Shown: in pieces, positions 38,974 to 51,800 of the stretch
Layout: each line of letters begins with the position of its first letter
Position numbering within the stretch: position 1 is the first letter of the stretch
NCBI GenBank assembly: GCA_002269645.1
Contig: NIVC01001673.1
Coordinates: forward strand, 188,632-252,631
DNA length: 64,000 nt
Reading direction: 5' to 3'
Source of the DNA: Macrostomum lignano
Taxonomy: Eukaryota
The notes under the pieces: generated by a model
What the model was told of the DNA's origin: nothing
The model's database searches: none
What the model saw: only the letters and a program-made list of their open reading frames with translations
Made by a program: the position numbers and the translations under genes

Positions 38974-40353
38974 TCGGTAACTATATATTAAAGGTACACT
39001 ACAGAACGTTACCTCTGCTTCCCTTTTGTTTTGTAAGATTATTCGCGTTAGTTGGTCCTTCAAGATTGTTCAGTGAGTACTCTCTGACCTCAACATACCC
39101 CATCTGGCCCTGACTCTCAGCAAACGCTTCACAATGGCTGATGTTTATCTAACTCTTTCTAACAGTGTGCCGTTTCTGCTTTTGATTTTAATATGGATTT
39201 TACCTATCAGTGAAGTATCCTGTTTTTATCATTCTTTTCAAAGTCATTCTCTTATGATTCTAACAATTTTTCAAAAAAAAAATTGGTTTCGGCCAGTTTT
39301 TCGTACCCCTGAGGCTCCTCAGCAGCCCCCCCCCCCAGTTGCTTGTTATTCTGCATCCTCTTTGATAAAGCTTGTTTATCATCACAATATTGTCACTTAT
39401 TGCGCTGATCATCGAAAAATCAGACTGCTTTAACCGATTTGCATAGTTTTATAACTGAAATCCTGCACTGGGAAATCTCCCCTGTAAATAAGAGACGTGA
39501 CGTGAACCCTCAAAGAATAGATATCGGTGCAGGAGCCGTGAAATGTGCTAATTAGTTCTAAAAAAGGCATGCTGAAGGATTAGAAAGGGCCATCTGCCTG
39601 TCGGCATCGCCGACAATCGGCCGCAATCCGGGAGCCCAGCTACTGACAGAAACCATTCCAGCGCCATTCCGTTGTACTCCAACTTCGCAGCTCACCCTGC
39701 GAGACGCTTGAGACTTTTCACCAGCACCGCGACAACCAGTATAGCCCACTCACCAAATATCGCAGCTCTGGCAACTCACTCATGGTGAAGATGAAGATGT
39801 ATAAGGATGATAATCAACTGTCATTTAGGGACTATCGTAGGAACAATTAGGAATAGGACTTAGGTTTAGGTTAGGAAATTAGGGAATTGCATTGTTATCA
39901 GAGCGTGGTGGAGTGTAGCACTTGAAGCCAAAAGTTGAAAGAATTTTTTAAGGCAACAAAATCTGGCAACTGCGCATTTGGAAACTCAGCTATGCAGTGC
40001 TTTGAGTTGGGTGCGGCACTTGGGAATATTAGTCAGTGATAATGTTTTTGTTCCTTATGGGTGAGACAAGCCTGACTTCTACAGAGCCTTTCCTGCACAG
40101 CCGGCAACACCGAGCCCATAATGTCGACCAGAACGGTTCCCGAAGATTGGTCCGCTTGCTGACTTTTGGAATTAAAACTTCAAGAGTTTAGAATTGTTTT
40201 ATGCCTTGCCTTATTGGCAGTTATTGAACTATTACGCAGATTTTGCGAGTTTGCTACTTTGCTATTTTGCTAGCAATGGTATCGCTTTAATGTACGTTTG
40301 CTCTCTATGTACATCGCTAGTACAGCTTGCATAAATATAGAGAGTATTGCCCC

Positions 40354-40959
40354 TGAATGGATTCAGGCTTCGGGAACGGATTCAGGCTTCATGAATGGAT
40401 TCAGGCTTCGGGAACAGATTCAGGCTTCATGAATGGATTCAGGCTTCGAGAACGGATTCAGGCTTCGGGAACGGATTCAGGCTTCATGAATGGATTCAGG
40501 CTTCGGGAACAGATTCAGGCTTCATGAATGGATTCAGGCTTCAGGAATGGATTCAGGCTTCAGGAACGGATTCAGGCTTCAGGAATGGATTCAGGCTTCA
40601 GGAACGGATTCAGGCTTCAGGAATGGATTCAGGCTTCAGGAATGGATTCAGGCTTCAGGAATGGATTCAGGCTTCAGGAATGGATTCAGGCTTCAGGAAT
40701 GGATTCAGGCTTCAGGAATGGATTCAGGCTTCAGGAATGGATTCAGGCTTCAGTAATGGATTCAGGCTTCAGGAACGGATTCAGGCTTCAGGAACGGATT
40801 CAGGGTTCAGTAACGGATTCAGGCTTCAGGAACGGATTCAGGCTTCAGGAACGGATTCAGGCTTCAGGAATGGATTCAGGCTTCAGGAACGGATTCAGGC
40901 TTCAGGAACGGATTCAGGCTTCAGGAATGGATTCAGGCTTCAGGAACGGATTCAGGCTT
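40354..40959 (-). repeat. 19-bp minisatellite, mirror copy, ~32 copies
   Basis: Reverse complement of the 3709-4104 unit, but a longer array. Confidence 0.95.
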
Positions 40960-41329
40960 TGGCAACAAGAGATTACCTAACTGAGCTGCAAACTCATCGC
41001 ACACCAGTTGGAAGTTCTATTCAACAATCTATGCACGCATTTTCAGATGATTCACTACAAATATTTTCTTACTACTCATTAGTAGGCGATTGAGCGCGAA
41101 AAGTCTGCACTTTTTAATTGGTACGAGTATTTCAATTTGTAACCACGTCACGCCCTGAATTTAGAAAACCGATGTTTAAGGGTTAATTCTTTTGCGCTCA
41201 GGGCCAACACCGACTTCAAGCTAACCAGAACTATGGAATCCAGTTAGGTTACAGGTGAGGCAGGCCAACATCTGGACTCAGGGGCTTTGACAGCGGGCTG
41301 GCAAAAGTATATGGTGCCGCTGACGCCAG

Positions 41330-41469
41330 CGCCCTTTTAAACAAAATGGCGTCAATTCAAACAAATTTGCGCTGATTCTAACAAAATTCGCCCTTTTAGA
41401 CAAAGTGGCGTCAATTCAAACAAATTTGCGCCGATTCTAACAAAATTCGCCCTTTCAAACAAAATGGCG
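41330..41469 (-). repeat. 59-bp tandem repeat, mirror copy, ~2.4 copies
   Basis: Reverse complement of the 3076-3332 unit. Confidence 0.9.
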
Positions 41470-41722
41470 ATCGTGTAAGAAAAATGCCCCTCATCAAATC
41501 AACTAATGCCTCATCAGATTAATTAACCACGCTTCATTAACGCAAATAGCGCTCATCCACAAACATTAGCCTCCCAAATAACCAGCTGCATAGCAAATAC
41601 GCCCTGTTTGAATAAAAAAATAACTTTTATTGCTTTCAGTCAAGTGCAAATTTTCTACTGCAAAGATTTCGGACAGCGCTGTCCAATAGAAGTGTCAGCC
41701 AGTCGGTCAGGGCTGCCCAGTT

Positions 41723-43377
41723 TCAATGACTCATCAGCTGACTGAGCAGCACCAGCAAAACTTGGAGAGTCAGCGCGCTGCCACCTGGACACCCAAGCGG
41801 CAACGACGCACCGGACGGGAGCTCCGGCTCAATGGGAGTGCAGGCCTTGGCGTCCGCAGCCAGCAGGTCCTGCAGCAGCTGCAGTCCAATCTCCGGCCGC
41901 TCAGTCACCACGGAGTGTCCGGCACCGATCACCGTCCGGTACCTGATCCGGCCGCCCAGGTAGGACCTCTGGACGCCTCCGATCTGCAGTCCGAAGCCCG
42001 GCGCCCGCATCGAGTAGAGCCAGGCGCCCTCGCCCTCGCGCAACGGATCCACGGGCAGCCGGTCCAGCAGCTGCTGCGTGCACCCCAGAGGCAGCATCCA
42101 GTCCAGGGCCCCGTGGTACAGCAGCACCGACACGCAGCTGCTGGCAGCTGTCACCAGCTGCTGCAGAACATCTTTGTTTCTTCTTTGATAGTGTCCGGTT
42201 ATCAGGACATTGCACAAGCTGTAGTTCACCTGGCCGCTCACGCCAAGAGCTCTCTGCACTCTGATGTCAGCCATGAAGCTGCTCAGGCCCGTCGTGTTCG
42301 AGCAGGGGTAGCCGCCACTTTCGCTGCTCAAGAAGCAGGGCTGCGCCAGGTTGTAAGGGTTCACTTGTGCCGCCTCCGAGCTCTGCGGGTGCATCGGTAG
42401 GCTTAGCCAGTCAGCCAGCTCGCAGAGGGGCTTCAGTGAGAGCCCAACTGCAGCCAGTGAGGAAGGCAGCAGTCATGCTCATCCCGCTAAGCCCTGAGCA
42501 CTCATACGGATACGTACGGAGGCGCACACTCGACAAGGGTGCATTGTCATGGTCCGCGCCCACAAGGGTTGGCCCTCATAGGCGCGAATCTCAAAGCAAT
42601 CTCCGAGTCAGTTTCCGTGCACGAGTCCCGAATTAACTGCTGGAATTAATTGCCGGAACTCACCAGATCGATGAGGTTGACCTCATCAGACCGAATGCCC
42701 AGCGCCTTCGTGACTGCTTCGCGATACGGCGACATGTCAAAGTCGTTGATTGCAACGTGCAGGCCGTTGCCCACGGCGATGCCCTTCAGGTTGATGAGGC
42801 TGGGCCAATGCCCGCCGTCGATGATGGCGCTGGCCAGCAACGGGATGTAGATCCCCGCGTAGCTCTCTCCCGCGATGTAGAAGGCCCGGCCTCGGTACTC
42901 GGGGAACAGGCTGTAGAAGTGGAGCAGCGCTCCCAGGTTCAGCCGCGTGGTCGCGTTATCGTTGAGCTCGGACGGGTCGGTGGGTCCGGGCTCGCTCAGG
43001 CCGACACCGCTGGGCGAGTCGATGTACAGCACGTTGGCCAGCCGGTTCCACGCGAAGTCGTTGCGCTCCAGCTCGGCGCGGTCGTTCGCCAGGAACGGCC
43101 CGTTCGTCATGAGCAGGCCGCCGACCGAGGAGCAGCCGGGACCGCCGTTCATCCACAGCACGAGCGGAGCCGTCGCGGCGTCCACGTGGGAGCTCTCGAC
43201 CAGCCAGTAGAAGAGGCGCCGGCTGCCGCCGCTGCCGCTGCTGGAGGTCAGGTAGCCCGAGTACTGGGTGAAGTTCGGGCGGAACAGCAGCCGCGGCAGC
43301 TCCTCGACGCGGCGTCTCTGGCACTCGGCGAGCGCGCAGCAGCAGAGGCAGAGCGCCAGAGTCAGAACGGGCCGCAT
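41723..43377 (-). CDS. Serine carboxypeptidase S10, copy A-right; exon 1 43377-42664; intact GESYAG
   Basis: Mirror of 1172-2826 with signal peptide, NGGPGCSS, GESYAG, GALD, GAGH and a hydrophobic C-terminus. Confidence 0.9.
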
Positions 43378-43784
43378 GGTTGCTTGCAGCAACACCTCGG
43401 CTCAGGTGCGTAAGCCCTAGCGCGTCGACATTCTTGTGACCACTTTTATACGCTAAATTGGCGCACTCGCGGACATGCATATTCACGAGTACAATATATT
43501 CCATAGGCACCCCACTGGCTGTTGGAGCGAATTCACTATAAACAAACAGCTCTGCAGCCATGTAGAAATTTGCACTGCATCAGTGAAATTTGGCACCATT
43601 GCTGCAAGGTTTAAAAGAGTTTTTGGTCAGAAAAGATGCTTCTGTTGGCTGCTTATCTCGAGCTGGCGATCTCGTTCTCTGTCTCTCAAGCAGTTGCGTA
43701 AACAGTTTAGCAATGTCTTAGTAATAGTGCTGAAAGGGGTAAAGTGCTTGCAACTTGTGGCTCTTTTGACTGCCCGTATAGCGG

Positions 43785-43992
<208 letters not shown>

Positions 43993-45543
43993 TGATTCAA
44001 CGATCTCTAGACTTAAAGGCTCCGCTCCCAGAGCAGACGGTCAGTTCCCCATCCCGTAATGGCAGTTTTGGATGGCCCCCCGCTGTGAGGACTTCGCAAC
44101 AGCAGGTTTTCCCGGTTTTAATTTACTTCAGTTGCCAACTGAATTTTAGGAACCAGTGTTCATTGTGTGCGGCTGGTTTTACTTTTACTTGAACAAAGCG
44201 ATTGCAAGCAACTCTGACCATCTGCTTACAGTAACGGAGCAAAAACACAGCAATTAACCATCAACCCCTATTGCGAGCGGACGAATCAAGTCTAGCCATT
44301 TGGGTATTAACAAATTTGACACAGTCAAAGCTGTCAGGGTTAAAATCTAATTCCGATGCAATGGCTGACATCTAAGAGTCATACAGCAGGTACCCGGCAG
44401 GTGTCAGCGTCCACAAGCCAAGAATGAATTTTCACCCTGTTCCGTTGAATCCTGGTGAAAGCGCACACGTGGATCTCCACATTGTTGCTTAGTAGCAAGG
44501 TTCGGACTCAGTCTTCTGCCAACCTGAGCCCCTACTCGGCAAGTGGCTGAGCACCCATTTTCTGGTGAGCTTGCAGACATCGGATTTTCTGAGCTCCTTC
44601 TTTCCTGGGGTGATTAAGCCGCGAGATGAATGCCGGCAGAGACAATGGCGCTCGGGTGATTGACTCGCGCCCAGCCCAGCAGCTTAGAGGCCGATCCCAG
44701 CTGAGCTCGGGCGTGGATCAATCGATCAGCCGAGCTCGAGGACATTAAAGTCGGGCGATTCCGACCGGCCCGGTCCCGCGGGGCCTGAGATCTCTGCCGC
44801 CTCCTGAGCAGAGCGGGCCGCGGCCAAGACAGCCCGGAGAGATTTTCTCTATTAAAGGCGCGGCACCGCTGCAGGTGAGCTGTTGACTACTCTCTATTAA
44901 AGAGGGAGGCACTTAATCCTCTACCCCCCACTCCGGTTCGAAAGACCGGCCAAAAAGTCGAATAGGAGATTGGGAACAGTTGGATAATCTTCTTCCTCCC
45001 TGGACAAGGCGCCGCCTGCCGCCCCGCATGGACCGCCGACCCAGATGGGAGATTGGGCACCCACCTGAGCCTCCTGGAAGTCTTGAGAAAGAGAATCTGG
45101 AGAGCCAACTCGTGTTCAAATTCCCATTGTGCATGCAGATTGGGACTGCAGAAGATTCAGAGTAATCTGGCTTAAGCTGTTTATTAAATAATTTTTTGCA
45201 TCAAAAACATTTCCACCAGTGCAAAAATATTTCAGTTTAGTTATTGTTTTTTCCCCAAATTTCTGCAGACTCTGGTAAAGGCTCCTAAAAGGGAGCGGAC
45301 TCTGAGCTCTACCGCAGATCCCCTTGCGGCTTGGCCGCTGGTCTCGGGGACGCCCGGGATTCGATCCGCAGCCGCAATCAAGTCGGGGCTCTCCTATTGG
45401 CCGAGAGGGGCCCGACTCTCCCGGACTCAAATCGAGAGCCAATTTATACGGCCCGAACCGGAACAACTGGTTGAGATCGGCAGGGCTGAGACACTGCTCA
45501 GAAGTAGCTTGTGCTTCAGAAGTCCCGACAATCCGCAACGAAA

Positions 45544-46481
45544 ATGGCTGGGCGCGCAGCGGCAGCGAGCCTGCAGCAGGCATTCGAGCAGCAGAAGCAG
45601 CAGCTGCGGCGCCTCGGACTCGAACCTGCGCACTCCGGCGAAGACGAAGAAGAGGAGGAGGCGGCAGCGGAGCGCCGGGACGAGGAGATGCCGGGCGGCG
45701 CGAGCGGAGGTGGCAAGAAGACCGAAGGCAGGGAGCTGAGGTGAGTCTGAGAAGCTTCGAGTCTGATGCTGCATCATTCGAGATGCTGTATTTACATGTA
45801 TATCAATCATATCATGCCGCCGGACCCCCCGTCAGGCTGAAAATCAACAGCCGCGAGCGCAAGCGGATGCACGACCTGAACTCGGCGCTGGACGGCCTCC
45901 GGGAGGTGATCCCGTACGCCACGGGGCCGTCAGTGAAGAAGCTGTCGAAGATCGCCACCCTCCTGTTGGCCAAGAACTACATCCTGATGCTGCAGAGCTC
46001 GCTTGATGAGATGAAGAAGCTGCTGTCAGAGGTCTACAAGCACCGGGGCGGCAGCGGCGGCGGGACTGGGGAGTCACCGCGGTCGACGCCAACTTCGCCG
46101 TCCGACTTGACGACTCCAGCCGCAGCAGCCGGGGCACCCGCAGTGACAGCGGCGCCACCGCCGCCGCCACCAGCGCCGACAACGTCAGCGACACCAATGC
46201 CTTCGACGCCCACCCCGGCGATGCTGCTGCCGCAGCCGCCAGCGATGCCGACGCACTCGCAGCAGCAGCAGCAGCCGTTTGCCGGAGGCCTGTTCCCACC
46301 GCACCTGCTGTACCAGCAGCACCCGCTGCACTGCTGGTGCCCGGACTGCTCGCTGCAGCGCCATCACCTGCGACAGGCGGCTGCAGCTGCCGCGGCCGTG
46401 GCTGCCGCCGCTGCGACAGCCGCGCCGTCTTCGGCCAGTGCAGCGGGCGGCAAAGCAACCGGAAGCTGCTTCAGCGACTGA
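45544..46481 (+). CDS. olig: Olig-family bHLH transcription factor; exons 45544-45740 and 45836-46481; predicted 280 aa
   Basis: The spliced product reads [70 protein letters not shown], closely matching the Olig2/3 bHLH. Phase-2 intron AG|GTGAGT ... TCAG|G; AATAAA at 46536. Confidence 0.92.
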
Positions 46482-46535
46482 CAGGCAACTGCGGCTCGTG
46501 TAGTCTCGAAGGCTTTTGACTGAATGAACCAATCG

Positions 46536-46541
46536 AATAAA
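46536..46541 (+). terminator. AATAAA polyadenylation signal for Olig
   Basis: 55 nt after the stop codon, followed by a GT-rich tract. Confidence 0.5.
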
Positions 46542-48161
46542 CTGCTACTTGTGCAGCGCATATTCTGCTGTGTTGTGAATTTTCATGCACTAATAATACA
46601 GGCTAATGTTTAACTTGACTCTCCCGGCACTTTCTTGTCTGCATGTCAGTTTTGACACCTTATGCATCTACAGTTTTGTAGAAACTTACTTCTAAGTCAC
46701 TCACTGCAGTAGCGCATTGGCACTAATGGCAACGAACTGCTGGCTCTGAGCTAGCACAGCTTTGCCTGTCAATAACAGCTTAAATATAAATAAGACAAAG
46801 CATTGCACCTACACCTGCTCCACTGAAGCCCTTTCAAAATAAGACTTTCAAATTTCTTTCAAAATGAAATATTGCTGTCTTTTGCTCATTTTCCACTGAA
46901 CAGGTTAGTCGTCATTTGCAACAATGATATTCTCTAATTTGCAACAGAAACTTCGGGGTACAACCAAGGTACCTGATATGAGTGGAGAAGGTACCTGAGA
47001 AAAAAAGAAAATACTACGTTTACGGTACTACGGTACGGCTGTTAGTCGGTGAGTAAACCGCTAGAGGGAACTCATTGACCAGCCCTCGGGCTCAAAGCAG
47101 TGCTAATTGCAGTCATTCGCAAGTGAACAGTGCGGCTAATCCTCCAGTTCAAGACTCGCTGACCCGGGGGACTCGCATCTCTCAAGTGTCAAAACAGCGC
47201 GCCGAGGCTAATTAAACTGCCTTGAGGATAATACAGCCGCCGGGGACCCTCGAGTGCTGGGCGGACCGCCCGCTGCGCCTCGCCTCTCGGAACTTTCTCC
47301 CCTCGCCTTTCAAACAGGCGAGTCCGAATCCCCCGCTATCCGTCCGGACGGCAGGGCGGACAGACGGCGGGTGGACGCCGGTCTGTTTGCAAACTGATTA
47401 GTCTGAATGACGCGGGCCTGAGAGCTGCTCAGCAGACGCGAGAGCTGGCTAGGAACCAGGGCGGGTCGGGACCTCCGCGACCCCCGCCACCGCTGCGATC
47501 TCCAGCACACTGCAGGCACGGCCGGCCCAATTAAAGTGTGTAGCGTGAGGCGGCCGGCCCCGCGCTGAGCTCGCAGCGGGGGGCCAACAGGAGCCACCCG
47601 GCGGCGATTAAAATTGGGCCATCGAGCGGCCAATCTGGACGAACCGGCTTCGCCCGCTCAGCGAGAGTGGCCAGCAAGATTAAAAGCAAGCATTTCATTT
47701 CTACCTTTCAGAGCTTCCGGCCCGCTGCCTCACTTCAAAGAGGATGCAGCAAATACAGTAGGGCACCGATCTTTGTTGCTGGCTGACCCCTGGAGTTCAC
47801 CACAAAGACTTTTAGAGCTCGAATTTGAAGTCAGGAAGCAAACAGGCCACAATGAAAGGGAATTCGCTGACATATGCGTTTGAGCAAATGCAGCTTAGCG
47901 AGCGAAACCGCATGGCAACTCGGACTGCCTAAAATATAAGAACTGTTGGTCCCCGCTCACACACCCGGGCTCCACTGAAGCATTGCTGATCGCTTATTAT
48001 GGTCACTTGGATTCAATGGCGGCTCGCATTGAGCGGGAGATGCCATGACTGAGCGAGTGCTCCGTGTGGCAAAAGCAAGGCAGAGGTTTCAATGGAAGAA
48101 ATATCACGTAAACTAAAATACCAATATTCATATTTTTGTTTCGTAGAAACGTTCCGCTTGT

Positions 48162-48708
48162 TGACTCAATGTCGCCCCATAAACTGACTCAGTGACTTAA
48201 TGATCGCCTCATAAACTGACTCAGTGACTTAATGATCGCCTCATAAACTGACTCAGTGACTCAATGATCGCCCCATAAACTGACTCAGTGACTCAATGAT
48301 CGCCCCATAAACTGACTCAGTGACTCAATGATCGCCCCATAAACTGACTCAGTGACTCAATGATCACCTCATAAACTGACTCAGTGACTCAATGATCGCC
48401 TCATAAACTGACTCAGTGACTGAATAATCGCCGCATAAACTGACTCAGTGACTCAATGATCGCCTCATAAACTGACTCAGTGACTCAATGATCGCCTCAT
48501 AAACTGACTCAGTGACTCAATAATCGCCCCATAAACTGACTCAGTGACTCAATGATCGCCTCATAAACTGACTCAGTGACTTGAAAATCGCCCCATTAAC
48601 TGACTCAGTGACTCAATGATCGCCTCATAAACTGACTCAGTGACTTGAAAATCGCCCCATAAACTGACTCAGTGACTCAATGATCGCCCCATAAACTTAC
48701 TCAGTGAT
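48162..48708 (+). repeat. 32-bp minisatellite (aaactgactcagtgactcaatgatcgccYcat), ~17 copies
   Basis: Direct reading; period 32 (e.g. 48245 to 48277). Confidence 0.95.
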
Positions 48709-48884
48709 TGCTAAATAACAAAACAAAGTAAAAGCAGAGAAAGATTTCGCATAAGATTTTTGTATCCAATTAGACTGAGCCAGTTGAACAAAGCAGAGTC
48801 AGTGTATTTGGCTCAGCCTGACAATTTTTTTGTCACAGAGCGGCACACAAACAGTTCCGGGTTTCTGCAATGCAAATTCAATTC

Positions 48885-51800
48885 TTAAGCGACCAGCACG
48901 CAGGAGCCGCCGACCTTCTTGATCTTCTCCTCGGCCTTCTTGCTGAAGAATTTCGCCTTCACGATGACCGGCACCTTCGGCATGTTGCCCTTGCCCAGCA
49001 CCTTGAAGAAGCCCTGCGGGTGAGCACAAAATACAATAGGATACAGCGATTGTTGCGTGTCATTCCATGGTGTGAAACAGTTTTGAGGGCCGATCCCATG
49101 GTGTGGGGCAGTTTGAAGGCAGATTCCATGGTGTGGGACAGTTTGAAGGCAGATTCCATGGTGTGAAACAGTTTTGAGGGCCGATCCCATGGTGTGGGAC
49201 AGTTTGAAGGCAGATTCCATGGTGTGGGACAGTTTGAAGGCAGATTCCATGGTGTGGGACAGTTTGAAGGCAGATTCCATGGTGTGGGGCAGTTTGAAGG
49301 CAGATCCCATGGTGTGGGACAGTTTGAAGGCAGATTCCATGGTGTGGGACAGTTTGAAGGCAGATTCCATGGTGTGGGACAGTTTGAAGGCAGATTCCAT
49401 GGTGTGGGACAGTTTTGAGGGCCGATCCCATGGTGTGGGACAGTTTGAAGGCAGATTCCATGGTGTGGGACAGTTTGAAGGCAGATTCCATGGTGTGGGA
49501 CAGTTTGAAGGCAGATTCCATGGTGTGGGACAGTTTGAAGGCAGATTCCATGGTGTGGGACAGTTTTGAGGGCCGATCCCATGGTGTGGGACAGTTTGAA
49601 GGCAGATTCCATGGTGTGGGACAGTTTGAAGGCAGATTCCATGGTGTGAAACAGTTTTGAGGGCCGATCCCATGGTGTGGGACAGTTTGAAGGCAGATTC
49701 CATGGTGTGGGACAGTTTGAAGGCAGATTCCATGGTGTGAAACAGTTTTGAGGGCCGATCCCATGGTGTGGGACAGTTTGAAGGCAGATTCCATGGTGTG
49801 GGACAGTTTGAAGGCAGATTCCATGGTGTGAAACAGTTTTGAGGGCCGATCCCATGGTGTGGGACAGTTTGAAGGCAGATTCCATGGTGTGGGACAGTTT
49901 GAAGGCAGATTCCATGGTGTGGGACAGTTTGAAGGCAGATCCCATGGTGTGGGACAGTTTTGAGGGCCGATCCCATGGTGTGGGACAGTTTGAAGGCAGA
50001 TTCCATGGTGTGGGACAGTTTGAAGGCAGATTCCATGGTGTGGGACAGTTTGAAGGCAGATTCCATGGTGTGGGACAGTTTTGAGGGCCGATCCCATGGT
50101 GTGGGACAGTTTGAAGGCAGATTCCATGGTGTGGGACAGTTTGAAGGCAGATTCCATGGTGTGGGGCAGTTTGAAGGCAGATTCCATGGTGTGGGACAGT
50201 TTGAAGGCAGATTCCATGGTGTGAAACAGTTTTGAGGGCCGATCCCATGGTGTGGGACAGTTTTGAGGGCCGATCCCATGGTGTGGGACAGTTTGAAGGC
50301 AGATTCCATGGTGTGGGACAGTTTGAAGGCAGATTCCATGGTGTGGGACAGTTTGAAGGCAGATTCCATGGTGTGGGACAGTTTGAAGGCAGATTCCATG
50401 GTGTGGGACAGTTTGAAGGCAGATTCCATGGTGTGGGACAGTTTTGAGGGCCGATCCCATGGTGTGGGACAGTTTGAAGGCAGATTCCATGGTGTGGGAC
50501 AGTTTTGAGGGCCGATCCCATGGTGTGGGACAGTTTGAAGGCAGATCCCATGGTGTGGGACAGTTTGAAGGCAGATTCCATGGTGTGGGGCAGTTTGAAG
50601 GCAGATTCCATGGTGTGGGACAGTTTGAAGGCAGATCCCATGGTGTGGGACAGTTTGAAGGCAGATTCCATGGTGTGGGGCAGTTTGAAGGCAGATTCCA
50701 TGGTGTGAAACAGTTTTGAGGGCCGATCCCATGGTGTGGGACAGTTTGAAGGCAGATTCCATGGTGTGGGGCAGTTTGAAGGCAGATTCCATGGTGTGGG
50801 GCAGTTTGAAGGCAGATTCCATGGTGTGAAACAGTTTTGAGGGCCGATCCCATGGTGTGGGACAGTTTGAAGGCAGATTCCATGGTGTGGGGCAGTTTGA
50901 AGGCAGATTCCATGGTGTGGGGCAGTTTGAAGGCAGATTCCATGGTGTGGGGCAGTTCGAAGGCAGATTCCATGGTGTGAAACAGTTTTGAGGGCCGATC
51001 CCATGGTGTGGGACAGTTTGAAGGCAGATCCCATGGTGTGGGACAGTTTGAAGGCAGATCCCATGGTGTGGGACAGTTTGAAGGCAGATTCCATGGTGTG
51101 GGGCAGTTTGAAGGCAGATTCCATGGTGTGAAACAGTTTTGAGGGCCGATCCCATGGTGTGGGACAGTTTGAAGGCAGATTCCATGGTGTGGGGCAGTTT
51201 GAAGGCAGATTCCATGGTGTGGGGCAGTTTGAAGGCAGATTCCATGGTGTGAAACAGTTTTGAGGGCCGATTCCATGGTGTGGGACAGTTTGAAGGCAGA
51301 TCCCATGGTGTGGGACAGTTTGAAGGCAGATTCCATGGTGTGGGACAGTTTGAAGGCAGATTCCATGGTGTGGGGCAGTTTGAAGGCAGATTCCATGGTG
51401 TGAAACAGTTTTGAGGGCCGATTCCATGGTGTGGGACAGTTCGAAGGCAGATTCCATGGTGTGGGGCAGTTTGAAGGCAGATTCCATGGTGTGGGGCAGT
51501 TTGAAGGCAGATTCCATGGTGTGGGACAGTTTGAAGGCAGATCCCATGGTGTGGGACAGTTTGAAGGCAGATCCCATGGTGTGGGACAGTTTGAAGGCAG
51601 ATTCCATGGTGTGGGGCAGTTTGAAGGCAGATTCCATGGTGTGAAACAGTTTTGAGGGCCGATCCCATGGTGTGGGACAGTTTGAAGGCAGATCCCATGG
51701 TGTGGGACAGTTTGAAGGCAGATTCCATGGTGTGGGGCAGTTTGAAGGCAGATTCCATGGTGTGGGACAGTTTGAAGGCAGATTCCATGGTGTGAAACAG

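Noticed and set aside
45324-45835. 385-aa single-exon Olig ORF from a non-ATG start
   Set aside because: The N-terminal part crosses the intron in another frame; the spliced model from ATG 45544 restores the conserved [10 protein letters not shown].
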